Below, one piece after another: positions 29,239 to 40,565 of a DNA stretch of 64,000 nt. Within the stretch, counting starts at the first letter, position 1. Every line of letters begins with the position of its first letter. Made by a program: the position numbers and the translations under genes. Origin of the DNA: Candidatus Bathyarchaeota archaeon (GTDB taxonomy: Archaea; Thermoproteota; CALKCG01; B24; DRYS01); NCBI GenBank assembly GCA_018396535.1, contig JAGTQC010000002.1, positions 1 to 64,000 on the forward strand. Direction: 5' to 3'. The notes below the pieces were generated by a model that saw nothing but the letters and a program-made list of their open reading frames with translations, did not search any database and was not told the DNA's origin.

Positions 29239-30732
29239 TTGTATCTGATAGAGTTGGTGATATGGACTTTAGCCTTCGGATGCTGTACTATACCTATAGT
29301 AGGCTGGGTATCGGATAGACTAGGGTTAAGGTATGTTAGGGAGTGGTATTCCTCGCTAGTTATAGCTCTCGCATTCATACCCTATATACTCCTAATCAGA
29401 CTTGTAGCTCGTGTAGGTGTGGTAGTCTACCCTATCCCATCCCTATTTCATTCAATCCTCACAGTCGATATGGTATCAGTATTCTTCATACTACCAATAC
29501 TGATAGTAGGCTTTGCCTCATCGATATACTCTACATCCTATATGAGCCATGATACAGGTCTCAATAGCTACTATACACTCCTCTCAGCTATGATACTAGG
29601 TATGATAGGAGTCGTATCTGCAGGAGATTTCTTCACATTCTTCCTATTCTGGGAGGTTATGAGTATATCCTCCTATGCTCTAGTAGCCTTTCGTAAAGAT
29701 AGATGGGAGCCTGTGGAGGCGGGGTTCAAATACCTTGTTATGAGTAGTGCTGGATCAGCTCTCATGCTATCTGGTATAGCTATAGTGTATGGTATAGCAG
29801 GGACTCTAAACTTTGCAGGTATAGCCTTAGCTATGAGGACTCCTGTACTAGCATCCGATCCATGGTTAATACTAGCTATATCCCTCATCATAGTTGGTCT
29901 TGGTATTAAAGCTGCTATAGCTCCTATGCATACATGGCTTCCAGATGCTCACCCAGCAGCTCCAAGCCCTATAAGCTCACTCCTATCAGGTGTTATGATA
30001 AAAACTGGCGTCTACGGTCTACTTAGATTCTACATACTCTTCCAAACTCTCCACGCATACTGGAGTCTAATCCTATCCATACTAGCTTTCCTCACGATGT
30101 TTATAGGAAATCTCACAGCTATGTTTCAGACAGATATAAAGAGGCTTCTAGCCTATAGCAGTATAGCGCAGATAGGATACATAACCTTCGCTCTATCGAT
30201 AGGAACTATCCAATCGATATCAGCAGCCCTCCTCCATGTATTCAATCACGCTATGATGAAGGGGCTCCTCTTCATGGCTGCAGGCGCCTTCTACCATGCT
30301 ACAGGCTCGCGGGATATATCAGTACTCGAAGGTGTAGGTAGGCGTATGAAGCTAACTGGGGTAATACTCTCGATAGGCCTCTTAGCTATAGCAGGTATGC
30401 CTGGACTAAATGGATTTGTAAGCGAGCTTCTAATAGTATCAGCAGCTATACAACAAGAACTATATCTTCAAGCAGCGTTAACGATAATAAACTTCGTAAT
30501 ATCAGTAGCTTATTATTTAAGACTCTTACAGCGTATAATGCTTAAAGAGCCTAGGAGTGATCTATCGAGGGTTGAGGAGGCTCCTGCTACTATGATAGCC
30601 GGTATGGTTATACTCGCATCGCTATGCGTATTCGTAGGAGTATACCCATCGATGTTTATATCGATATCAGAGCTTGCTGGTAGAGTAGCATTGGATATCG
30701 GTTCATATATAACCTCTATACTAGGGGGTTAG
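29239..30732 (+). CDS. Antiporter-like proton-translocating subunit (MrpD/NuoM/NuoN family)
   Basis: FWEVMSISSY, EAGFKY, HTWLPDAHPAAPSP, DIKRLLAYSS and PGLNGFVSE motifs. Confidence 0.9.
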   Translation: MYLIELVIWTLAFGCCTIPIVGWVSDRLGLRYVREWYSSLVIALAFIPYILLIRLVARVGVVVYPIPSLFHSILTVDMVSVFFILPILIVGFASSIYSTSYMSHDTGLNSYYTLLSAMILGMIGVVSAGDFFTFFLFWEVMSISSYALVAFRKDRWEPVEAGFKYLVMSSAGSALMLSGIAIVYGIAGTLNFAGIALAMRTPVLASDPWLILAISLIIVGLGIKAAIAPMHTWLPDAHPAAPSPISSLLSGVMIKTGVYGLLRFYILFQTLHAYWSLILSILAFLTMFIGNLTAMFQTDIKRLLAYSSIAQIGYITFALSIGTIQSISAALLHVFNHAMMKGLLFMAAGAFYHATGSRDISVLEGVGRRMKLTGVILSIGLLAIAGMPGLNGFVSELLIVSAAIQQELYLQAALTIINFVISVAYYLRLLQRIMLKEPRSDLSRVEEAPATMIAGMVILASLCVFVGVYPSMFISISELAGRVALDIGSYITSILGG

Positions 30733-30738
30733 ACCGCT

Positions 30739-32829
30739 ATGATGGAGGCATGGCTATGCTGGTTGACTCCTATATGCGGTGCACTCCTAACACCTATACT
30801 CGCTAGATTGGGGCATAAGGTTAGAGATTATGGAGCTGTAGTATTCAGCCTCCTAGCTGCACTATTCGCATCTAGGCTTATACCCATAGCGGTTGAGGGG
30901 AAGATTATCTGGGAGAGGTATGGCTGGATGCCTATACCTGGTGCACCCGTATACGTAGGGGTACTCGTCGATCCTCTAAGCGTGATTATGGCTAACGTAG
31001 TATCCTGGATATCCTTCCTCATAATGCTCTACTCCCTAGAGTATATGCATGGCGAGCCTGGACTTACTAGGTATTGGTTCCTTATGAATTTCTTCATAGG
31101 GAATATGCTTCTACTAGTGTTAAGCGATAATCTACTTCAGATGTTCTTCGGATGGGAGGGTGTAGGTCTATGTAGCTATGGTCTTATAGGCTTCTGGTAT
31201 AGGGATGATAGGAAGTACTGGGTTGGCACTCCTCCAGATGAGTATCCACCGAGCCATTCCGGTATGAAGGCTTTCATAACCACTAGGATGGGTGATGTAG
31301 GTATGCTTGTAGCTATGCTAGCTATCTATAGCTATTCTGGTACATTCTCTATACCTGAGCTTCAATCTAATACTATGTGGGCTTCCACCCTGATGGAATC
31401 TGGTCTTCTAACACCTATACTCCTACTTATGCTTCTAGGACCGATAGGTAAATCAGCTCAATTCCCGCTTCACGAATGGCTTCCAGAAGCTATGGCTGGC
31501 CCTACGTCTGTAAGCGCTCTTATACATGCAGCTACAATGGTTAAGGCGGGTGTCTACCTAGTAGCTAGGATAGCGATCATAGCGGCTAGCTTAACGCATA
31601 TAATCGGGTTCGAATCCTTCCATACATTCTTCATAGTCGTAGCTTGGATCGGGGGGTTTACAGCATTCCTAGCGGCTACGCAAGCTATGGTAGCTAGGGA
31701 GTTGAAGAAGGTTCTCGCATACTCTACGATAAGCCAGATAGGGTATATGATGCTAGCTCTCGGAGCGGCAGGTATAACTGCTAACTTCGTAGAGGGTTTG
31801 ACAGCTGGTATATTTCATCTAGTGAGCCACGCTGTCTTCAAAGCTAGCCTATTCCTAGCCTCTGGTGCTGTACTACATGTATGTGAAACTAAGTATATGG
31901 ATGAGATGGGTGGGTTGAGGAAGTATATGCCTGTAACGTTCACCTCTATGCTTATCGCTGCTCTCTCACTATCAGGTGTACCTCCACTCCTAGGATTCTG
32001 GAGTAAGGAAGCTGTGCTTAAAGTATGCTTCGAGACGGGTGATGTGGCTTTATTCGTATTATCGGCTGCTACGGCTGCTATAACATTCTTCTATAGTCTT
32101 AGGATGATTAGTATAACTTTCTTATATCCTAAGAGTAAGCATCTCGAAGAATTGGAGGCTGAAGGTTTGCATATACACGAGGTATCACCGATTATGTGGA
32201 TACCATACTGTCTTCTAGCATTCTCTACGTTGATACTAGGTGTTCTAGGTCGGTTAGTGGAGGAGTTCTTCCATGAATCGTTATCCCATATCATAGCTGC
32301 CGGTCACCTAGAAGCTGTGGTCGAATCTCATGGAGTAGGCTTCGATCCATCTATAGCTTCCCTACTAGCTAGCGTATCTGCTCTAGTAATCGGTGGGCTT
32401 CCCGGGTACTGGTTCTACGTAGCTAGGAGGGGTGACCCCTACTCGATCGTGGAGGGTAGCGTTATCCTTAAAGCTGTATGGAGATTCCTCTGGAATAGAT
32501 GGTATATAAATAGGTTGTACTATATACTATTCGTGAATATACCTATATCGCTAGCTAAGATTATGAATAGATGGATCGAGGTAGGCTTCTTCAATGGCTT
32601 ACAGTATGGTGTATCATTGATCACCCTCCGCCTCGCTATACTCGTAGATAGGTTTATGGAAGTAGGCTTTTTCAATAATCTACAATATGGTGTAGCTGAG
32701 TTGATAGCTCGTATATGTAGATCTTCTAGATATCTTCAGACAGGCTCTCTGAATATCAATATGTATCAGGTTTCGATTATTCTTATCATAATCCTACTCA
32801 TACTACTCGTATCCATGGGGGTGTTATAG
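30739..32829 (+). CDS. nuoL: Complex I-like subunit L
   Basis: GWEGVGLCSY, GKSAQFPLHEWLPEAMAGPTSVSALIHAATMV and lateral helix ending LQTG. Confidence 0.95.
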   Translation: MMEAWLCWLTPICGALLTPILARLGHKVRDYGAVVFSLLAALFASRLIPIAVEGKIIWERYGWMPIPGAPVYVGVLVDPLSVIMANVVSWISFLIMLYSLEYMHGEPGLTRYWFLMNFFIGNMLLLVLSDNLLQMFFGWEGVGLCSYGLIGFWYRDDRKYWVGTPPDEYPPSHSGMKAFITTRMGDVGMLVAMLAIYSYSGTFSIPELQSNTMWASTLMESGLLTPILLLMLLGPIGKSAQFPLHEWLPEAMAGPTSVSALIHAATMVKAGVYLVARIAIIAASLTHIIGFESFHTFFIVVAWIGGFTAFLAATQAMVARELKKVLAYSTISQIGYMMLALGAAGITANFVEGLTAGIFHLVSHAVFKASLFLASGAVLHVCETKYMDEMGGLRKYMPVTFTSMLIAALSLSGVPPLLGFWSKEAVLKVCFETGDVALFVLSAATAAITFFYSLRMISITFLYPKSKHLEELEAEGLHIHEVSPIMWIPYCLLAFSTLILGVLGRLVEEFFHESLSHIIAAGHLEAVVESHGVGFDPSIASLLASVSALVIGGLPGYWFYVARRGDPYSIVEGSVILKAVWRFLWNRWYINRLYYILFVNIPISLAKIMNRWIEVGFFNGLQYGVSLITLRLAILVDRFMEVGFFNNLQYGVAELIARICRSSRYLQTGSLNINMYQVSIILIIILLILLVSMGVL

Positions 32830-34317
32830 ATGAGTCTCCCGATATTGATCCAAGCAGTCCTCACACCTATAGTTTTAGCACCTATAGTATACCTAGCTGG
32901 TAGGAGGCTATCCCATCATGTGGGTTGGCTAGCCTTCGCTATACTCATCCACTCTACAGCTATGATACTCATGGTAGCTGGTTCAGAGTATCTTGAGGTA
33001 TACTCTTGGGTTCCTAGGATGGGGTGGGATATAGGTTTCAAGCTTGATGGATTAAGCCTACCCTTCGCTTTAAATATAGCAGTATTATCGACTGTTATCG
33101 CTGTCTACTCTATACCCTATATGGAGCATAGGATAGGGGATAGGCCTGGGGAGTATGGGAGCTATTATGCTCTATACCTACTCTACGCAGCCGGTATGCT
33201 AGGTGCGGTTTTAGCTACAGATCTAGTTGAATTCTACATATTCTACGAGCTTATGCTGATACCAAGCTATCTATTGATAGCTAGATGGGGGTATGGTGAG
33301 AGGGAGAGGATAGCTTTCATGTACTTCCTATGGACTCATATAGGTGCACTAGCTCTACTAGCATCTATAGTAGCGGTCTACTGGGTTACAGGAGCTACAT
33401 CGATAGAGGTTGTTAAGACTATACTGCGGAATACTAGGATTCCATTCCAATTGGAGGCGGGTATGGCTACAGCTATGCTTGTAGGATTCCTAGTTAAGAT
33501 GGCTGTGCTAGGCTTACACGTATGGCTTCCACACGCTCACGCTGAGGCTCCTACACCTATAAGCGCGTTGCTATCACCTGCTATGATAGGTATAGGTGGG
33601 TATGGTGTTATCAGGATAGCTTTAAGCTTCTTCCCACGATTCTTTACAGCTTATAGTCTTCCGATAGCTCTATGGGCTTTTCTAACTATGCTATACGGTG
33701 GTCTTATGGCTTTAAGCCAGGATGATATAAAGAGGCTTCTAGCCTATAGTAGTATAAGCCAGATGGGCTACCTACTGTTCGGTATATCCTCCGTGAATAT
33801 GCTAGGTGTATCAGGCTCTATCCTACACTATCTATCCCACGGTCTAGGTAAGGGCATCCTCTTCATGATAGCGGGTATACTGATAATGCAGACAGAGCTT
33901 AGGAGTATAAGCCGTATGGGTGGGTTAGCTTCTAAGATGCCTCTAACAGCTTTATCCACCCTCATAGGCTTTCTAACACTGATAGGTCTACCTACGACTA
34001 GCGGCTTCATATCAGAGTGGATGATCTTCGGAGGGGTTATAAGGAGCAGTCTAGCTTCTGGAAGTATGGATAAGCTGATAGTAGCTATACTCGGGTTGCT
34101 AGCTACGATGCTCACAGCAGGGTATGGGCTTTGGACTGTGAGGAGGGTATTCTTCGGCTCTATACCTAAACATCTAGAGGAGGTTAGGGAGGGTTCTGTA
34201 ATAGCTCTTACACCGATAATAGCTCTCGCAATCCTAACTTTCGTTATAGGCGTCTATCCAGCACCTATACTTGATAGGCTAACCCAGACGGTGATGCTAT
34301 CTCTGAATCTAGGTTGA
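32830..34317 (+). CDS. nuoM: Complex I-like subunit M
   Basis: FYELMLIPSY, HVWLPHAHAEAPTP and LPTTSGFISE motifs. Confidence 0.93.
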   Translation: MSLPILIQAVLTPIVLAPIVYLAGRRLSHHVGWLAFAILIHSTAMILMVAGSEYLEVYSWVPRMGWDIGFKLDGLSLPFALNIAVLSTVIAVYSIPYMEHRIGDRPGEYGSYYALYLLYAAGMLGAVLATDLVEFYIFYELMLIPSYLLIARWGYGERERIAFMYFLWTHIGALALLASIVAVYWVTGATSIEVVKTILRNTRIPFQLEAGMATAMLVGFLVKMAVLGLHVWLPHAHAEAPTPISALLSPAMIGIGGYGVIRIALSFFPRFFTAYSLPIALWAFLTMLYGGLMALSQDDIKRLLAYSSISQMGYLLFGISSVNMLGVSGSILHYLSHGLGKGILFMIAGILIMQTELRSISRMGGLASKMPLTALSTLIGFLTLIGLPTTSGFISEWMIFGGVIRSSLASGSMDKLIVAILGLLATMLTAGYGLWTVRRVFFGSIPKHLEEVREGSVIALTPIIALAILTFVIGVYPAPILDRLTQTVMLSLNLG

Positions 34318-34509
34318 CTGTGTCTTTCTCCTCCTTCTCCATACACCTAGGGCTCCTGAATCAGAGTATTCGGTTAGGATTTTATGCCTCTCCTCCCATA
34401 GGCAATGCTCTGTATAGTGTTGTTCACAGAAGTAGCGGTTGCAGTAGGGGCATTTCTTCAATTCGCCTCCACTCTTACCGCATATATAGCATACCTCGCT
34501 TCCACTCAT
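34309..34509 (-). CDS. Small AN1-like zinc-finger protein
   Basis: CYICG...CPYCNRYFCEQH...HC. Confidence 0.75.
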   Translation of the reverse strand: MSGSEVCYICGKSGGELKKCPYCNRYFCEQHYTEHCLWEERHKILTEYSDSGALGVWRRRRKTQST

Positions 34510-34671
34510 AGTGAAAACCCTATACGCTGATACTATCTAGAATATACTCATATACTTTAGCTTTTATACTCGTATAGGTTTAGGATGGTGAAGCATGTAT
34601 TCGGTAGCTATATTACGTGTATCTACATAGTAAAGTTTAAAGAATATGCAGGATCATAGTTGAATCTAGGT

Positions 34672-36435
34672 ATGGAGAGACGTGGAAGGATAGTTAGGAT
34701 CGCCGGACCTGTAGTCGAGGCTGAGGGTGTAGCTGGTGTCAGGATGTATGAGGTTGTTAGGGTTGGGGAGCTCGGGCTTATCGGGGAGGTTATAAGGGTT
34801 GAGGGTGACCGCTGTACGATACAGGTTTATGAGGAGACTACCGGTCTTAGACCTGGGGAGCCTGTAGTAGCTACGGGTGAACCGCTTTCTGTAGAGCTTG
34901 GCCCAGGATTGATAGGTCATATCTTCGACGGTGTTCAGAGACCCCTTACTAGGCTTCAACTTATCGTAGGAGACTTCATAAGTAGAGGGGTATCTATCGA
35001 AGCTCTAGATAGGAGTAGGAGATGGCTCTTTAAGCCTACAGTTAAGGTTGGCGATGTAGTAGGTGAGGGTGATATTATAGGTGTGGTGCAGGAGACGCCT
35101 ATGGTTGAGCATAGGGTGATGGCTCCTATAGGTGTGAGGGGGGTTGTTAGAAGGGTTGAGGAGGGGGAGTTCACAGTCAATGATGTAGTGGTATCTGTGG
35201 AAACTGAGCGTGGAATGGTAGGCTTAACTATGCTACAGAGGTGGCCTGTTAGGAAGCCTAGACCGTATGCTAGGAAGCTCCCGGTTGAGGAGCCTCTTAT
35301 AACCGGGCAGAGGGTTCTCGATACGTTATTCCCGCTAGCTTTAGGCGGTACGGCTGCTATACCTGGAGGCTTCGGTACTGGGAAGACTATAATGCAGCAT
35401 CAGCTAGCTAAATGGGCTAGCGCTGATATAGTGATATACGTTGGATGTGGTGAGAGGGGGAATGAGATGGCTGAGGTTCTAGAGGATTTCCCGAAGCTTA
35501 CAGATCCTAGGACTGGTAGACCGCTTATGGAGAGGACTGTCTTGATAGCTAACGTATCTAATATGCCTATAGCAGCTAGGGAGGCTAGCATATATACTGG
35601 TGTCACTATAGCCGAGTATTTCAGGGATATGGGCTATAACGTAGCTTTGATGGCTGACTCTACTAGTAGATGGGCTGAGGCTTTAAGGGAGATTTCTGGT
35701 AGGCTTGGTGAGATACCTGGGGAGGAGGGTTACCCACCCTACCTAGCTAGCAGGCTTGCAGAATTCTATGAGAGAGCTGGTAAGGTTGAAGCTCTAGGTA
35801 GACCTGTGAGGACTGGTTCTGTATCTATCATAGGAGCGGTATCACCTCCTGGTGGAGATTTCTCAGAACCTGTAACCGTTAATACTCTAAGAATAGTGAG
35901 GGTTTTCTGGGCTTTGGATGAGGAGCTTGCGAGGAGGAGGCATTTCCCAGCTGTTAACTGGCTTAGAAGCTATTCGCTATACCGTGACGAGCTGGAAGCT
36001 TGGTTTAGACGTAAGCTTGATCCTGAGTGGAGTAATATGATACGCGAATGTATGTATATACTTCAGAGGGAGGAGGAGCTTAAGGAGATAGTTCAGCTAG
36101 TAGGCCCTGATGCTCTTTCAGATGAGCAGAGATCTATACTAGAGGTTGCTAGGATGATAAGGGAGGATTTCCTAGCTCAGCATGCATATCATCCGGTAGA
36201 TACGTACTCAGATCTCGAGAAGACTAGGATTATACTCGGTATAATACTAGACTTCTACAGGTTTACTAGCGAATCTGTGAAGAAGGGTGTAGCTCTGCAT
36301 AGGATACTAGATCTACCTATAAGAGGGGAGATAGCTAGACTTAAGATAAGACCCCTCGAGGAGCTTAGGGGTATCGCTGATAGCTTACGTACGGATATGG
36401 AGAGGCAGTTTAGAGAATTGATGAAGGAGGTTTGA
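34672..36435 (+). CDS. atpA: A/V-type ATP synthase subunit A. ORF track start 34660
   Basis: GGFGTGKT Walker [18 protein letters not shown] and PGEEGYP motifs; no intein. Confidence 0.98.
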   Translation: MERRGRIVRIAGPVVEAEGVAGVRMYEVVRVGELGLIGEVIRVEGDRCTIQVYEETTGLRPGEPVVATGEPLSVELGPGLIGHIFDGVQRPLTRLQLIVGDFISRGVSIEALDRSRRWLFKPTVKVGDVVGEGDIIGVVQETPMVEHRVMAPIGVRGVVRRVEEGEFTVNDVVVSVETERGMVGLTMLQRWPVRKPRPYARKLPVEEPLITGQRVLDTLFPLALGGTAAIPGGFGTGKTIMQHQLAKWASADIVIYVGCGERGNEMAEVLEDFPKLTDPRTGRPLMERTVLIANVSNMPIAAREASIYTGVTIAEYFRDMGYNVALMADSTSRWAEALREISGRLGEIPGEEGYPPYLASRLAEFYERAGKVEALGRPVRTGSVSIIGAVSPPGGDFSEPVTVNTLRIVRVFWALDEELARRRHFPAVNWLRSYSLYRDELEAWFRRKLDPEWSNMIRECMYILQREEELKEIVQLVGPDALSDEQRSILEVARMIREDFLAQHAYHPVDTYSDLEKTRIILGIILDFYRFTSESVKKGVALHRILDLPIRGEIARLKIRPLEELRGIADSLRTDMERQFRELMKEV

Positions 36436-36460
36436 TATATTTGATCGAGGTGGTTTCGAA

Positions 36461-37864
36461 GTGAGTATAGCTCTTAAGAGGTATAGGAGTATATCTAGGA
36501 TTTCAGGTCCGCTACTATTCGTAGAGGCTGTTAGAGGCGTAGCCTATGGTGAACTGGTACGTATAGAAACGCCTAGTGGTGAGGAGAGGCGTGGACAGGT
36601 TCTAGAGGTTACGGATAGGTTTGCTGTGATACAGGTTTTCGAGGGTACTGAAGGGTTAAGCCTAGATAAGACTGCTGTCAAGTTTACGGGTGAGACTATA
36701 AAGCTACCTGTATCCGGTGATCTCCTAGGTAGGATATTCAACGGTAGGGGTGATCCTATAGATGGTGGGCCGCAGATAGTACCTGAGGATTATTGGGATA
36801 TCCACGGTATGCCTATAAACCCATCTTCTAGGGAGCATCCTAGAGAATTCATACAGACAGGTATATCCGCTATCGATGGCTTATATACGCTAGTTAGAGG
36901 GCAGAAGCTACCTATATTCTCGGGTTCAGGCTTACCCCATAATACGCTAGCTGCTCAGATAGCTAGGCAGGCTAAGGTCTTGGGTAAGGAGGAGGAGGCT
37001 GTAGTAGTACTCGCGACTATGGGTATAACCGCTGAGGAGGCAAGGTTCTTCATAGAGGATTTTAGATCGAGAGGTGTGATGGATCATATAGTACTATTCA
37101 TAAACCTAGCTAACGATCCTGCTATAGAGCGTATAATAACGCCTAGACTAGCTCTTACATGCGCTGAGTATCTAGCCTTTCATGAAGGGTATCATGTACT
37201 TACCCTACTCACAGATATGACGAATTATGCTGAAGCTTTGAGAGAGGTAAGCGCTGCTAGGAGGGAGGTTCCAGGTAGGAGGGGTTATCCAGGATACCTG
37301 TATACAGATCTAGCGACGATATACGAGAGGTGTGGACGTATACATGGTGTGAAGGGTAGTCATACAGTATTCCCGATACTAACTATGCCTCACGATGATA
37401 TAACTCATCCTGTACCAGATCTGACAGCGTATATAACTGAGGGGCAGATAATACTTAGTAGAGCTATGCATCGTAAGGGGATATATCCGCCTATAGATAT
37501 ACTACCATCGCTATCTAGGCTTATGAGGACGGGTATAGGAGAGGGTAGGACTAGGTTTGATCATAGAGAAGTCGCCGACTGCTGCTACTACGCCTATGCT
37601 GAAGGTGTATCGCTGAGGGAGCTTATAGCAGTTATAGGTGAAGCTGGGCTTACAGCTAGGGATAGGTTATACCTACAATTCGCAGATGAGTTTGAGAAGA
37701 GGTTTGTAAACCAGGGGGTTTATGAGGAGCGTAGTATAGAAGAGACTCTAGATCTGATGTGGGATGTCCTATCGATACTACCTGAGAGGGAGCTTAAGAG
37801 AGCTGATCCTAAAACGATAGAGTGGGCTAAGCAGCAGGGTAAATACAAGTATAGATCATCTTAG
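36461..37864 (+). CDS. atpB: A/V-type ATP synthase subunit B
   Basis: [28 protein letters not shown] and PSLSRLM motifs. Confidence 0.98.
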   Translation: MSIALKRYRSISRISGPLLFVEAVRGVAYGELVRIETPSGEERRGQVLEVTDRFAVIQVFEGTEGLSLDKTAVKFTGETIKLPVSGDLLGRIFNGRGDPIDGGPQIVPEDYWDIHGMPINPSSREHPREFIQTGISAIDGLYTLVRGQKLPIFSGSGLPHNTLAAQIARQAKVLGKEEEAVVVLATMGITAEEARFFIEDFRSRGVMDHIVLFINLANDPAIERIITPRLALTCAEYLAFHEGYHVLTLLTDMTNYAEALREVSAARREVPGRRGYPGYLYTDLATIYERCGRIHGVKGSHTVFPILTMPHDDITHPVPDLTAYITEGQIILSRAMHRKGIYPPIDILPSLSRLMRTGIGEGRTRFDHREVADCCYYAYAEGVSLRELIAVIGEAGLTARDRLYLQFADEFEKRFVNQGVYEERSIEETLDLMWDVLSILPERELKRADPKTIEWAKQQGKYKYRSS

Positions 37865-37895
37865 ATGGATTGTATACGTAGAGTATTCCATCTAA
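37861..37895 (+). terminator. Inverted repeat at the atpB stop (possible terminator or processing stem)
   Basis: TTAGATGGA (37861-37869) ... TCCATCTAA (37887-37895). Confidence 0.35.
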
Positions 37896-37981
37896 ACTCG
37901 GATTAACTCTTCCGATTTACGTAAGTTATAGATCTTACTGGTACTATTCTTATAGCAGGACTCTTTTATGAAACATGATGA

Positions 37982-39241
37982 ATGAAGCCGGTAAAGCTAT
38001 ATAAGGTTCGTATAGATATAGAGGATCAAAGCGTAGTAGAGGATCTGCTACATTTCCTAGAGGATTTCGGTAACTTCCATCTATCCATATTCGTCGAAAC
38101 ACCTACATCTACAGATATGAACCCCTATATCATAGGATGGATACCTCAAGCTATGAAGAATAGGTTCGATTACGAGATAAGGAGTCTATATGGCGGCCGA
38201 TTAGATGTAGAGTATAGCCTCTCTGAGCATGATGATAAACCTCCAAGCCTAGTTTATCGTAGTAGATTCCTAGAGCCGTTTGGGAGGATAGTAGATTCAT
38301 TCGGGTATCCATCATATAACGAGATAGATCCTACCATATTCGTAATGTTCTCCTTCGCACTACTATTTGGGTTTATGTTTGGGGATATGGGTCATGGATT
38401 AATCCTCTTCGCATCTGGATTAATCCTCTACCTAGTTAGGGATAGGATCTATGTAAACTCTGATATGATCCGATACGTGCTTAGCGGATCTACCCTATAC
38501 ATAGTATGCGGTTTATCGAGTATACTCTGTGGTATACTATTCGGTGAGTTCCTAGGGTATAGGATTGGTATACTGAGTTTTAAGCTTACGATACCACCCC
38601 CCTTCAACATATCGTTCCCGTTTAAACCTCTAGATAGCCCGATAGCTATGTTCAAGCTATCCATACTTGTAGGTGCTGTACATGTATTATCTGGTATAAC
38701 GTTGAATCTAGCTAATAAGATCCTGAATAGAGAGTATATGGAGGCTCTGATAGAACCTATACCGTGGATATGCATGTATATAGGAGTTATATACAATCTA
38801 TTCTGCTTTAAGCTAGACTTCGCTGCATGGATAGCCAGCCCTACACTATACATACTAGTGATACTACCAGTATGTGTAATGCTACTAGGTAAGCTGTATA
38901 TGGAGAGGCTGGAGGGGTTGATCCAGTTCTTCGAAGCTATGATATCTACTGTGAGTAATACCGTATCCTACCTAAGGATAATGGCTCTATCGTTATCGCA
39001 TAGTATATTAACGCATATAATCTTAGAGCTAGGAGGGGGGAGTTTAGCAGCAGCGTTAATCGGAGCTATTCTCGTAGTTATCTTAGAGGGTCTTATGATA
39101 TTCATACATACGACACGGCTTATATGGGTTGAATGGTTCTCGAAATTCTATAGAGGTGATGGTATACCGTTTAAACCTTTGAAGATATCAGAGGTGAAAG
39201 CTGTACGTATCGAAGCAGCTAGTATCCCTAGGAGGAGCTAG
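37982..39241 (+). CDS. atpI: A/V-type ATP synthase subunit I paralogue 1, with a very short soluble domain
   Basis: PSYNEIDPT, FGFMFGDMGHG, SYLRIMAL (essential Arg) and RLIWVEWFSKFY motifs. Confidence 0.92.
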   Translation: MKPVKLYKVRIDIEDQSVVEDLLHFLEDFGNFHLSIFVETPTSTDMNPYIIGWIPQAMKNRFDYEIRSLYGGRLDVEYSLSEHDDKPPSLVYRSRFLEPFGRIVDSFGYPSYNEIDPTIFVMFSFALLFGFMFGDMGHGLILFASGLILYLVRDRIYVNSDMIRYVLSGSTLYIVCGLSSILCGILFGEFLGYRIGILSFKLTIPPPFNISFPFKPLDSPIAMFKLSILVGAVHVLSGITLNLANKILNREYMEALIEPIPWICMYIGVIYNLFCFKLDFAAWIASPTLYILVILPVCVMLLGKLYMERLEGLIQFFEAMISTVSNTVSYLRIMALSLSHSILTHIILELGGGSLAAALIGAILVVILEGLMIFIHTTRLIWVEWFSKFYRGDGIPFKPLKISEVKAVRIEAASIPRRS

Positions 39242-39902
39242 ATAATCCTTCGAGAAACTTTATCAGCTGGTATAGATTCTCCACTATGCAATCCGCTGCT
39301 TTAACTATATGCTTCTTAACCACCGTCTCTGTTAGAACTATTATCGTATAGACTCCTGCAGCTTTAGAAGCTTTCAAATCGTTTTCATCTGAACCGATGA
39401 ATACGACTCTATCCCTATCCACACCCATCTCCGATATACATTGGATTATCTGATCTGGGTAGGGTTTAACCCTATTCCTCATACTCCTCCCTACGATCAC
39501 ATCGATGTAATTCTGTAGGTTGAATTTAGAGATAAGCTCTGAAGCTACTCTTCTAGTAGATAGAGTAACTACTCCTACTCTAAGATTCCTCCATCTAACC
39601 CATCTCAACACATCCCATGCATACGATCTAAGCTTGGAATACTGGATAGCGGATAGCTCATACTCTTCGAGTTTAGTAGAGGAGTCCTCCCATAACCCGG
39701 CTGCTCTATGGAATGGTATACCTTCGACTAGCTTATCGAAATTCGAGAGAAACTCATCCCTACTAGCTAGTAGCTTCTCATCTACGGATACACCGTTATA
39801 CTCGAAAATCCTTGTAATATCTATCTTAGCTCTCCTCCAATCTATCGATCTATAGAAGTCTGTGATCGTCCTCTCTAGATCGAATATTACGCTATCGAAC
39901 AT
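39228..39902 (-). CDS. HAD-superfamily hydrolase
   Basis: IFDLERT (variant of DxDGT), KPYPD and IGSDENDL..AAG. Confidence 0.8.
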   Translation of the reverse strand: MFDSVIFDLERTITDFYRSIDWRRAKIDITRIFEYNGVSVDEKLLASRDEFLSNFDKLVEGIPFHRAAGLWEDSSTKLEEYELSAIQYSKLRSYAWDVLRWVRWRNLRVGVVTLSTRRVASELISKFNLQNYIDVIVGRSMRNRVKPYPDQIIQCISEMGVDRDRVVFIGSDENDLKASKAAGVYTIIVLTETVVKKHIVKAADCIVENLYQLIKFLEGLSSSS

Positions 39903-40059
39903 CGATCATACCTAACCTCGTATACCGATATACGAGGATTAAACCTAGTTATCGATCATTTAAATATATCTATGAAGCTAGCGTGCAGCTGGCATACACT
40001 AGGTTCGACATAATGTTTAAACGCTTAGCATACTCTTCTAAGGATATCGGTATCTGGCT

Positions 40060-40476
40060 ATGTCTAGCGAGAGAGCTAGAGAAATGATATCATCGATTAT
40101 AGAAGCTATCGGTATAGAACGATTCCTATCTGAAATGAATGTTTCACGAGAGGATGTGGATGCATGGCTTAAAGGTGAACGCCCCATACCGTTTCATATA
40201 CTTTCGAAAGCGTTGAAGATGAAGGCTGAGCTTTATTATAGAAAGCCTAGGATAGCCAGGGTTGAAGCCTATGCGAGATCTAGGAGTGTAGTCTCTACCG
40301 CTGTATTTAAGAAGATGCTGATCAAAAGTACTATTATCGTACTAGCTATGCTCACCTCTTCTATGATCGGTTATACAGTTGGGAGCTGGTATAGCTCATT
40401 CTACGCTGGTCTAGGTTTATTCCTACCTCTAACCATAGGTTTGGTTTTAATCTTAATCTTAGGGTTGAAGAGCTGA
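40060..40476 (+). CDS. Hypothetical protein, HTH-like N-terminus plus two C-terminal TM helices
   Basis: MNVSREDVDAWLKGERPIP (XRE-like) and a hydrophobic C-terminus. Confidence 0.65.
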   Translation: MSSERAREMISSIIEAIGIERFLSEMNVSREDVDAWLKGERPIPFHILSKALKMKAELYYRKPRIARVEAYARSRSVVSTAVFKKMLIKSTIIVLAMLTSSMIGYTVGSWYSSFYAGLGLFLPLTIGLVLILILGLKS

Positions 40477-40565
40477 ACTACTACGTTTAATCTATACGCT
40501 AATCTTATAATCGTCTCAAACCTAAACGTAGTAGCTTGAAAATAGGTAGCGGATGGGTTAGAGAT

